Translations under genes and position numbers: made by a program | In this document: piece by piece, positions 53,534 through 64,000 of the stretch | Numbering within the stretch: position 1 is the first letter of the stretch | How the letters are laid out: every line of letters begins with the position of its first letter | Assembly: GCA_030390025.1 (NCBI GenBank) | Contig: CM059432.1 | Span: forward strand, 127,412,001 to 127,476,000 | Reading direction: 5' to 3' | From: Squalus acanthias | Taxonomy: Eukaryota | DNA length: 64,000 bases | Notes under the pieces: model-generated | What the model was told of the DNA's origin: nothing | The model's database searches: none | What the model saw: the letters and a program-made list of their open reading frames with translations, nothing else

Positions 53534-55768
53534 CTACTTTTTGCCCTTCGAGGGTGATCTCCTTCCCTTGCGCACTTCCCCCCTTCTAACCCTACTGCTC
53601 CTCCGTAATGGGACCTCAGTGGCTGCAGCAAGGCTGGTGGAAGGCTGCTGCTCGTCAGACCCTGACACTGCAGATGCCCCTGAAGGACGGCCTCGACCAC
53701 TTCTGGGCCTGGAGGGCCCGGCTGCAGACTGCACCAACTCTGCATGGGCGGCAGCAGTCTGTCCTACAGGCGGTGGCAAGTGCAGTGGAGAAGTGACAGT
53801 GTTGGCAGCAGGAATGCTGTCATCGTGAGAGAGGACAGCAACTCCCTGCTCGCCCGACACACTGGCACTCCCACGGGGCAGCACTTCAGCATCCGGAGCA
53901 ATTTGCCGGAGAACAGATTGCTGGCCTGCTGCGGCGCGGTGACAGCCCCGGGGACATGTGCACGAACCATCGAGGATGGCAGCAGTCAGTGCTCGCGTGG
54001 CCTCAATCTGAGTCTGCATGAGAGCAGTCTCAGATGGGTTCCTGGCAGCCAGTGACTGAATTGCAGCACTAAGCTTTAGTGTGGCATCCGCCTGTGCTAC
54101 AGCGAAGTGCTCCACACTCCTTGCCAGTGCCTCAATGCATTCGGGCACCCTTCCCACTGCACCCATGAGCTCAGTGTGCATGCCCACCGCCTGGCTGTTC
54201 ATTTCTGCAATCAGCCGCTCCTCCTCTGCGTCCATTGCATTAGGAGTGTCTGGCATACTCTCCCTCTGGGGAGAAGGCTCCCATTCTTCCCTCCCCCCCC
54301 CCATGGCGTTGCTGCAGCCCGCTGGGTCCTGGAGCTTCACCATCATCAGCCACTTCCCCCCTGCTCCCCCGTTCTTCCCTCCCCCCCCAATGGCGTTGCT
54401 GCAGCCCGCTGGGTCCTGGAGCTTCACCATCATCAGCCCCTTCCCCCCTGCTCCCCTCCGGGGAAGGCGTGTTCCCAGTGTGGCCATGGGCTTCCTCGGG
54501 AGAGGGTGGCACTGATGCTCCGGCTTCCTCTTCCTCCTCAGCTGCAGCATCACTCCCAGTGGCAGCTTCAGGGACCATCTCCTCAGCTGGTGAATCACCA
54601 TCTGAAAGCAGGGAGGTACAAGAGTGGCTTTAGCGTGAGGACAGGGTGGCAGTAAGGGAGGAATAAGTGCAGCGAGTTAGCAAGTTGGATTGAAAGTGTC
54701 AAAGGCTGGTATTGTGAGGGACAAGTGGAAGGACAGAGGACAAAAAGGTGATGACCTTACCATTGCTGTCCACAACGGGGTCGGCGTCCCCAGTGGCGAC
54801 GGGACCGATCACCCGGCTTGCCACAATCCTGTGGACGCGCTCCTCCAGATCGCTGAGGGGTTGCAGCTGAAGCCGCCCTCCACCCATCCGTTGCTGCTGT
54901 CTCCGATTATGAGCCAGCTTAGCCTGCAAGAAAAAGGACAGCATCTGAGTAAATATACAGCCATGGTCTTGCCTGATGTGCCTCCCATAGGTGAATAGCC
55001 CTTACAATATGCAGCCATGGTCTTGCCTGATGTGCCTCCCATAGGTGAATAGCCCTTACAATATGCAGCCATGGTCTTGCCTGATGTGCCTCCCATAGGT
55101 GAATAGCCCTTACAATATGCAGCCATGGTCTTGCCTGATGTGCCTCCCATAGGTGAATAGCCCTTACAATATGCAGCCATGGTCTTGCCTGATGTGCCTC
55201 CCATAGGTGAATAGCCCTTACAATATGCAGCCATGGTCTTGCCTGATGTGCCTCCCATAGGTGAATAGCCCTTACAATATGCAGCCATGGTCTTGCCTGA
55301 TGTGCCTCCCATAGGTGAATAGCCCTTACTGTATGCAGCCATGGTCTTGCCTGATGTGCCTCCCATAGGTGAATAGCCCTTACTGTATGCAAAGTGTGGA
55401 ATGTGTGTGTGTGTTTGATGAAAGGGCCATAGGTGTTGCATGAGTGTTGTGCATTGGAGTTTTAAGACCCTCTGGCCATATAGTGAGGTTGAGATGGAGG
55501 GATGGAGAGGTATTGAGAAAAAGCCACTCACCCTGACGACCCGAGTGAGGTCGTTGAATTTTTTGCGGCACTGAACATGGGTCCTGGGCACCATGCTCCT
55601 GGAGGAGACGCTCTGAGCCACCTCCCTCCACACTCTTCTGAACTCGCGTGGCAAAGGCCTCCTGCCACTCTCCGGGAACAGCATGCATCGTCTGCGCTCC
55701 ACTGCGCCAACCAGAGCATCCAAGGCCCGCTCGGTGAAGCGATGAGCGCGTTCTCTCACCCTCTCCAT
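53534..55768 (-). CDS. Harbinger Myb/SANT-like DNA-binding protein; exons 55768-55532, 54923-54761, 54601-53534; +1 frameshift in exon 3
   Basis: RFTERALDAL...W...QCRKKFNDL; GT-AG sites phase-consistent; basic NLS-like C-terminus. Confidence 0.8.
54955..55390. repeat. 54-bp minisatellite x8 in Myb gene intron 1
   Basis: gcagccatggtcttgcctgatgtgcctcccataggtgaatagcccttacaatat; only 2 units in the copy at ~855-960. Confidence 0.95.
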
Positions 55769-58139
55769 GCTTGGCAGCAAAATGGATTACAGGTCTCTCC
55801 AGGCTGAGATTCAAGGCTGCAATGAGCAGGGTGTGGCTGGGGAGCAAGTGGCCCCCCCCCGCTTTAAGAAGTGTCCGGCGCCAGTGTGTCTGTGTTCCCT
55901 CGCTAACTGGCAGCAGCTGCGCTGCGCTCGTGCGCTGAGGTAGCGCCTCACTCCTAGGCCTTTGCGCCTTAAGAGAGGTGTGCAGCGCCTAATTTAGCGC
56001 TCCACTCACCTCCCGGGGCGGTAAAAGTGAAGTTTCCTGTCAGTGCCGATAATTAGCGCCAGGCGCTAATATTTGCGCGCGGACGATATTTGCGCCCCAA
56101 ATGGGGCGCGACCTAATTTCTACCCCTGAGTGTCTCCGCTTCCACCACTTCCGTCCGCAGCGAATTCCAGGTAATCACCACTCGCTGCGTGTAAATTTTT
56201 TCCTCACCTCCCCCCTGTATCTCTTACCCAAAACCTTAAATCTGTGTCCCCTAGTCCTTGTACCCTCAACTAGTGGGAACAGCCTTTCCCCCTCTAGCCT
56301 ATCCAAACCTGTCATAATCTTGTACACCTCTATCAAATCACCCCTCAACCTCCTTTGCTCTGATGAAAACAAATCCAGCTTCTCCAACCTGTCCTTGTAG
56401 CTAAGATCCCCCATCCCCGGAACCATTCTGGTAAATCTCCTCTGCACCCTCTCAAGGGCCTTCACATCCTTCCTAAAGTGTGGTGACCAGAACTGGACGC
56501 AATACTCCAGTTGTGGCCTAACCAGCGCTTTATAAAGATTCAGCATAACTTCTCTACTTTTGTACTCAATACCTCTATTATGAAGCCCAAGATCCCATAA
56601 GCTTTGCTAACCCCACTCTCTCAATATGTCCTGCCACCTTCAGGGACCTATGCACATTAACTCCCTATCATGAGACTGATACAAGCTTAAAATCTGGCAC
56701 ACTTTAAATATTTATATTCTTGCTTTAATTTCTATGGGCACTTTGCAGTCTTTGCTTACGGTGCAAGTACTTCATTTGTTTATTTTCCACTCCATCTCCA
56801 TATTTTTCTCAGTTAGTTGCACATTCTGAAAGATATTTCTCTTTCCTTATTTTCCACGGTAGGTTAGTAATTCTCACTGAAGCTGTTGCTGTTGTAGCAC
56901 TGCCCAGGGAGGCATTGTTCACCATGGGGTCACCAATGACCAACACCCGAACAGGTGGCAATTCACCATTAGGCTTGGCTGACTGAATTCGGTCACGATA
57001 TCTGAGGCCAGTATGACGTGCCTAGTAAACATCCAATCTCGGCCCCATGTAAACCTTCCCCCTCATTGATACAAAAGAAACCGCAGCACAAATAACATTG
57101 TTAGTTCAGAATTTCTATTTACTAGTTTAAATTATACAAAATGGTCAAAAAAATGAAATCTTTTTATTTTTGATATTTTCATCTGCTGCTCATACCTCAC
57201 AGTTGTTTGTAATTTTTCTGCAATCTGGTTGTCAGATTTTTCAAGGTGCACTCTGGATATTGTAGTTCCACGGGAGCAGGCTGAAAACTACAACTTCCAT
57301 GATGCATCTTTCTCGCAAACAAAATTACAAGGTGGGTGGGGGAGGGAGGGAGGAACAGCTGGGGAAATTTATCATTTATTTTTTGCCTGGGCCTCCCCTT
57401 CCGGTGGTCCACTTGTATCATGGGGAGGTTCTGAATTTGAATCATTTTCACAGCCACAATGAGCCTTACAGTGGGCAGGAAATTGCTGAAAAGTAATGAC
57501 GATGCACGTCGTTATTAATGTGAAAATCAGTCAGCAACTTATAGCACCGAAGAGATACGCAGTGAATTGCGAATCGCCACAAGTTGCTGGACGATTTGCG
57601 CCGCTCCGCTGTTAGCTTCCAGAAAACGGCATCTCGGCCTTAACCTCGCGGTGATTTTCATAGAGTTGCTGCATTTGCACGTTAATTGCCCATCAAACTT
57701 ATCACAGAAAGTTAGTCTAGTAATTAGCAGCATAAGTAACAAGATGATAATTGTTAATGACTGCCAATCAACCTCTCTGGCCCAGAAAGTGAACAATTAA
57801 CAGTGCTGAGTCTCATTCCTTCAGCTCATGAATTGTTCTTAGAGATTTTTTTTAAATTCTTTCTTTTCCTTTCTGTCTCTTTTTCTCTCTCTCTTAATCC
57901 AATCTTATTTTTCCCTCGCTTTATTTCTCTTTCTGTGCCTGATTTGACATTGAATTCACCCACTCTAATTCACGCTCCTTCTCAGTCCTTCCTCTGTTTA
58001 TTACTCAATCCTTAAATCCCATTGGTTAAGGACATACCCTGTTTGTGCCATTGTTCAACAGTATCCCAGATGCCCTGCTGCCCTCCGTTATCAGCTCGCA
58101 CTGCCAGCAACTTACAGGGCAAAAAAATATTGAGTCATA

Positions 58140-58450
58140 GGGGGTGATTTTGCCAATGGGGAGCTTTTGGAGGCGGGACTCCCACTTGTCAGGTTTCAGT
58201 CCCGCCTCCATCAACTTCTGGCGAACCCATGCTATTTTCCCTTGATTGACTTTGTTAAGTCCGCCCAGCGGGCTTAGCAGGCCAATTAAGGGAAAGCCGG
58301 TTGCGGAGAACGTCAACGTATGACGTTTCATCTGTCAAAAAATTTTGACAGATGAATTGTCATCATTTGACAGCTCTGTGAAGCTGTCAAACAGTGACAT
58401 TCTCTGTAGTTTGATGAGGTCTTGAATTCAAGACCTCATCAAACCTCTTT
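58140..58450. mobile_element. Partial copy of the 19157-19982 MITE
   Basis: Alignable from TIR gggggtgattttgccaatgggg. Confidence 0.8.
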
Positions 58451-59351
58451 CTTTTGCGGTAATGAGAAGGTTTAAGAACAAAATACACACGGCACAGGGT
58501 TTTGGCTCAACCTTTGATTCGTTCGTTTATTGAACACACACACACAATTACCTCCCCAGTATAAATCCCTATGATTTATACTAGACTAACAACCCCAAAA
58601 TACGTACCCTTACGCAAGGGTCATTTGCATCGACACAATATGACACAGTTAAACCCGTCCGCGATTTGACTGTTACATATAAAGTTACCCAGACTCAATC
58701 ACAAAACCCTTATTGTGATCTGACTGAAACTCACAAACTTACTCAGACTCAATCACAAAAGCCCCCTCTATGATTTGACTGAAACATACAATCACCACTC
58801 CCGATCGGCTGTCTCTTGGAGTTGATTGTAGGCCCGAATCTTTCTGCTCACTGTTCTTGCGTTAGCTCCCCATGCTGACTCTCTTCGAAGTGACTCCTCT
58901 TTAAACCAAAAAACAACTTACAATATATGAAACACATTTCCTGGCCCCCTCCTGTGCACACGATGGCCATATCAAAATGTGTGAATGTCTCTAGCAGAGA
59001 ACTCTTGATGGCTAATTGCCCCTCGTATTGTCCATTAATTACTTGGGTATCGACTGTCTATATTGAGGTCCTTTCTGACAATGCAACCTTCCCAAGGTGA
59101 CTGCATATGCTAATTGTTGGTTTCTGTTAGCATTCATATTCAGATGGTTCAGGGCCCGGCCCATTGTCTAGGCCTGCGCTAATACCAGCTCTTCTGGAGC
59201 CATGGCCCAAGGTGAACAATGTAACCCCTTAAGGTAAATGAATATGCATAAATGTTCCTTTTCAGAAGCATTTGTATTTTTGCGGGCTGTGCAGTTCTGG
59301 GTTTTTATATTTCATAGTCCAATTTTTACCGTTGGGGGGGAGGAATGGATC

Positions 59352-59570
59352 CTACAATCTGGAGATTACTACCTTTGAGGACCTGTTTTTTAATCTCTCT
59401 CCTAGCTCCCTAAACTTTGCCTGCAGGACCTCATCCCTCTTTCTGCCTATGTCATTGGTACTGATATGGACAACGACCTCTGGCTGTTCACCCTCCCCCC
59501 TCAGAGTGTCCTGCAGCCGCTCAGTGACATCCTTGACCCTGGCACCAGGGAGGCAACATACCATCCTGAG
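59352..59570 (-). mobile_element. CR1 ORF1 (SGNH esterase-like) fragment
   Basis: VCCLPGARVKDVTERL...VVVHISTNDIG. Confidence 0.8.
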
Positions 59571-59994
59571 CTGAAGGGTGCAGGAACAAGTCTAACTAAC
59601 GGGGCACGCAGCAAGATGCCCCTCTCCAGCAACATCCGGCCCAGCATATTCACTGTAAATTGACTGTAATGGACTGCGCTGAGCTCATTGGTCACATTGA
59701 AGACTTCAGACCTCCACACCCAATTATATTTCAGTGCAGCTTCAGGAACCAGGTATCACGTTATCGCCAAGATGCCAAACATCTGCTTCCCATGTGGACA
59801 ATCAGCTTTCTCAGCCCCAGCCCAACATGTTCACATTGGAGGCTGGAAAAGAGTTGATTTTGGGCTTCGTGACTCACCCCATCTGCACATGCAGAAATCT
59901 GCTATTTTCCAGTCTCCAGTGCATGGATGTGTAAAGCAATGCAAGAGCAAATGTATTTAGGTAACAAACGTTGCACAAGAAAACAAGACGACAA

Positions 59995-62090
59995 AAAGTT
60001 ATTCATCAAAAATATATTCCAGTGAGAAAGAAAGATTTTAAGAGAAGGGAGCACCATTCGGGGCTAACTAAGGAAGTAAAGGATGGTATCAAATTGAAAA
60101 CGAAGGCATACAATGTTGCCAAGATTGGTGGGAGACCAGAGGATTTGGAAATTTTTAAAAACCAGCAAAGGATGACTAAAAAAATAATAAAGGGAGAGAA
60201 GATGAATTATGCGAGTTAACTGGCAAGAAATATTAAAACAGATAGTAAGAGCTTCTACAGGTATATAAAAAGGAAGAGAGTAGCTAAAGTAAACGTTGGT
60301 CCCTTAGGGGATGAGACTGGGGAATTAATAATGGAGAACGGGGAAATGGCAGAGACTCTGAACAAATATTTTGTATCTGTCTTCACGGTAGAAGACACTA
60401 ACAACATCCCAATAATGGATAATCCAGGGGCCACAGGGAGGGGGGAACTAAAGACAATCACTATCACTAAGGAAATAGTACTTGGTAAAATAATTGGACT
60501 AAAAGACGACAAGTCCCCTGGACCAGATGGCCTGCATCCCAGGGTCTTAAAAGAAGTGGCTGCAGAGATAGTGGATGCATTGGTTGCAATATATCAAAAT
60601 TCCCTGGACTCTGGAGAGGTCCCAGCGGATTGGAAAACCGCAAATGTAACACCTCTATTTAAGAAAGGAGGGAGACAGAAAGCAGGAAACTATAGATCAG
60701 TTAGCCTAACATCTGTCGTTGGGAAAATGCTGGAGTCCTTCATTAAGGAAGCAGTAGCAGGATATTTGGAAAATCATAATGCAGTCAAGCAGAGTCAGCA
60801 TGGTTTTATGAAAGGGAAATCATGTTTAACAAATTTGCTGGAGTTCTTTGAGGATGTAACGAGCAGGGTGGACAAAGGTGAGTCAGTGGATGTGGTGTAT
60901 TTGGATTTCCAGAAGGCATTCGATAAGGTGCCACGTAAAATGTTACTGCATAAGATAAGAGCTCACGGAGTTGGGGATAATATATTAGCATGGATAGAGA
61001 ATTGGCTAACTAACAGAAAGCAGAGAGTCGGGATGAATGGGTCATTTTCCGGTTGGCAAAAGGTAACTAGTGGGGTGCCACAGGGATTGGTGCTGGGGCC
61101 TCAACTATTTACAATCTATATTAATGACTTGGATGAAGGGACCAAATGTAATGTAGCCAAGTTTGCGGATGATACAAAGATGGGTGGGAAAGCAAGTTGT
61201 GCAGAGGACTCAAAGAATCTGCAAAGGGATATAGACAGGCTAAGTGAGTGGGCAAACATTTGGCAGATGGAGTATAATGTGGAAAAGTGTGAGGTTATCC
61301 ACTTTGGCAGGAAAAATAAAAAAGCACATTATTATTTAAATGGAGAGAGATTACAAAATGCTACAGTTCAGAGGGATCTGGGGGTCCTTGTGTATGAAAC
61401 ACAAAAAGTTAGCATGCAGGTACAGCAAGTAATCAAAAAGGCAAATGGAATGTTGGCCTTTATTTCAAGGGGGTTGGAGTATAAAAGCAGGGAAGTCCTG
61501 CTGCAACTGTGCAGGGTATTGGTGAGACCACACCTTGAGTACTGCGTACAGTTTTGGTCTCCTTATTTAAGGAAGGATATACTTGCATTGGAGGCAGTTC
61601 CGAGACGATTCACTAGGTTAATTCCAGAGATGAGGGGGTTGACTTATGAGGAAAGGTTGAGCAGGTTGGGCCTATACTCATTGGAATATAGAAGAATGAG
61701 AGGTGATCTTATTGAAACATATAAGATACTGAGGGGGCTCGACAAGGTAGATGTAGAGAGGATGTTTCCCCTCGTGGGGAAATCTAGAACTCGGGGGCAT
61801 ATTTTCAGAATAAAGGGTCGCCCTTTTAGAACTGAGATGAGGAGGAATTTCTTCTCTCAGAGGGTCATAAATTTGTGGAATTCTCTGCCACAGAGAGCTG
61901 TGGAGGCTGGGTCATTAAATACATTTAAGGTGGAGATAGACAGATTTTTGCAAGATAAGGGAGTGAAGGGTTATGGGGAGCGGGCAGGGAAGTGGCTTTG
62001 AGCCCAAGATCAGCCATGATCTTATTGAATGGCGGAGCAGGCTCGAGGGGCCAAGTGGCCTATTCCTGCTCCTATTTCTTATGTTCTTAT
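59995..62090 (+). mobile_element. CR1 LINE, 5'-truncated, with 556-aa open RT region (60331-62001)
   Basis: KSPGPDG, YLDFQKAFDKV, GVPQG, KFADDTK; ttcttatg tail. Confidence 0.95.
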
Positions 62091-62741
62091 TTCATAAGTA
62101 GTTAAAGTTGCACTGGATTGAATTGAATTGAGGATCTTTAATTCTCATAACACATTTGGTAGAAAAATATAGTAACGTTTATTTCTGTGTTCATTTTGGC
62201 TCCTTTATAGCATGTGAGTGGAGGGCCTTGTAAAAATGATAGTCGATCATATTATAATTATCCATGACTTGAAAATAATCTTGTTGCTTCGCTGAGAAAT
62301 TGACCATATGGCAATCTGTAGGGAGGCTGAGCAGTAACAGGTAGTAATTGCGGCTAATGGAAAATATGTTCCTGTATTAATGCAGCATGATGACAGTCCT
62401 TGTATAACAAGGGCAAGTGATCAGGCAATTTACATTCTCAGCTCCACTGTAGCTGAATGGTGGTTTGCCTGAAAGCAAATTTCTTCCATTGATTCAGGCT
62501 GAGCTCTCGTGTATGACCCTTGACTTGCCACAAACAGCCAGAAGGCAGTAACAAGTACTGGGAGATGGTGAAGGCATTTAGTGACTGTGGGTGTCGAGGG
62601 AAAGGGTCAGGATTCAGGGCGGCTCTGCTAGAAGTGAATTATGACAGAGGCTTAATGCACATGCGTATTAAGGGTAGTGTCAGTTTCTCACGGGCTATTT
62701 TTTTTCTGTATAGTGTCCGCAAAATAATGAAGTTATATCTT

Positions 62742-63410
62742 GGTCCTGAAACTGCGGTGTCTCTCAGAGTACGCCGTCGTATTGAAATGCCCCGCAAGTT
62801 CGAGATTTCCGCATGCACGAAATCCGGAATTTGCGGCCTGTCGACGTACGCGTTGACAGGCCATCCGCGGGGGCCCCGAGAAAGCAATCGCTGGCGCAGG
62901 GTTGGGCTATTTGGCCAGCATTGGCCCACGTGTTTGCATCAGCGTAAGGGGATATCAAAGGCTTAAATTAAACATTTTCATAACCTAAATTATGCACATA
63001 CACTGTATTAAATGAGTCTATGCAAATATTGGCCTGGATTACAATTTTAATGATGTATAAAATGATCAAAAAATGAAATTTGTATTGAGGTTGGTGCAAT
63101 GAAGGTAGTTATGAATAAAATTTCAATTCTGTACATTGTCTAATTATTAGATTTGGGAATTCCATTGCGTATCATTAGGGGATTCTCTTCATAAATGATT
63201 GAAATGGAATTCTGCTTATTGATTGGAGGACCGGGCCCACGTGATCCCAGGTACGCTTCTGCAGCACCTGCGTCCCTGGGATCCGTGGGCCATTACGCTG
63301 CCCTCCGCCTCGAGGCCCGAGACCGCAACTCTTCAGAGCCTGGGTGCCAGGAGGTACTTTCATAATTGTTTCGTGGGTCGGAGGCGTACTGCAACCGCAA
63401 TTTCTAGCCC
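62742..63410. mobile_element. MITE related to the GGGCCAGAAATT family
   Basis: ggtcctgaaactgcggt / accgcaatttctagccc; shares the gcccacgtgatcccag..cgtccctgggat core. Confidence 0.7.
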
Positions 63411-64000
63411 AATATAAAACCATTCCAGAATAAATTTCAAATGGTGAAACAAGCTGCAGGCCAAAACGCACCAAAATAAACTCCTGGGGAAGCATGTTTC
63501 TTGCCCCCCAACGCCTCCCCCCTCCCGCCCACCCCCCTCCCGCCCACTTCCCACACGGGAAACATACTTCAGGAATTTCTAAATTAATTTTTGAGTACTT
63601 GAGTTTTGCATTAGGTACAGTTACAGCTTAAGACATGGCAAGTTTATGTCCCACTGAACTCCCATGGTAACTATTTCTGTACGTCATGTGTGGGTTTCAG
63701 TTTTTACTGCAAAAACAAATTGAATTGTGGAAAGTGATCCCGAAAACACGAATAAAATCCTGAAATATAATGCAGCAAAAAAGGAGTTTAATTTATTCAG
63801 ACACCATGAAGCAGTGTTCTCAGGCAAAGGCCTTTATTCAGGGCTGTTTTTCAGTTTCAGGTTTTTCGAGTCGTCAACTCTTTTGGAACAGGTGTCAACA
63901 TTGTGAAACTGTTCATCACCTTTCTGAATTTTGTAGGTGAGCAGGTGCGCTATCAGAGAGTGACAAAGAAAGAATTAGAAGGAAGGAAAGAAAGAGAGAC

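Larger units (their letters stand above)
51567..56126 (+). mobile_element. Full-length two-gene Harbinger/PIF transposon (4560 bp)
   Basis: TIRs GGGGTAAAAATT / AATTTCTACCCC, TGA TSD (51564-66, 56127-29), convergent transposase and Myb-like genes. Confidence 0.96.
51398..56665 (-). mobile_element. CR1 LINE 3' fragment split by the Harbinger insertion (51398-51566 + 56127-56665)
   Basis: CR1 tail left of the element; ORF 56175-56546 on the right. Confidence 0.85.

Noticed and set aside
54955..55390. CRISPR-like array
   Set aside because: Head-to-tail 54-bp units with no unique spacers, inside a eukaryotic transposon intron
54809..55780. 323-aa repeat protein as a stand-alone gene
   Set aside because: A strong GTGAGT donor at 55531 and an acceptor at 54924 make the repeats intronic; the ORF is Myb exon 1 read-through

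Overview
Repeat-dense vertebrate genomic DNA; the SINE/CR1/Harbinger families suggest a cartilaginous fish (inference). 1-15.5 kb: the last four coding exons of a ferlin gene matching FER1L6 (+ strand, C2 domain to TM anchor and stop), with introns full of CR1 LINE pieces, tRNA-SINEs and Harbinger elements. 25.9-48.2 kb: a decayed ~22 kb endogenous retrovirus on the - strand (LTR, tRNA-Lys1,2 PBS, gag with CCHC knuckle, pro, RT, tether plus RNase H, integrase, env), most like a lokiretrovirus, inserted in a LINE. Its 3' end is amplified into four tandem ~3.7 kb units of [LTR U3/TATA, integrase tail, splice acceptor, env]. The reconstructed env carries a candidate Ig-like domain upstream of a furin-cleaved, class I fusion-type ectodomain. 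Nested MITE insertions order the amplification steps. 51.6-56.1 kb: a complete two-gene Harbinger transposon (intact DDE transposase, 3-exon Myb-like gene, TIRs, TGA TSD), with a near-identical copy at the window start and many non-autonomous relatives.
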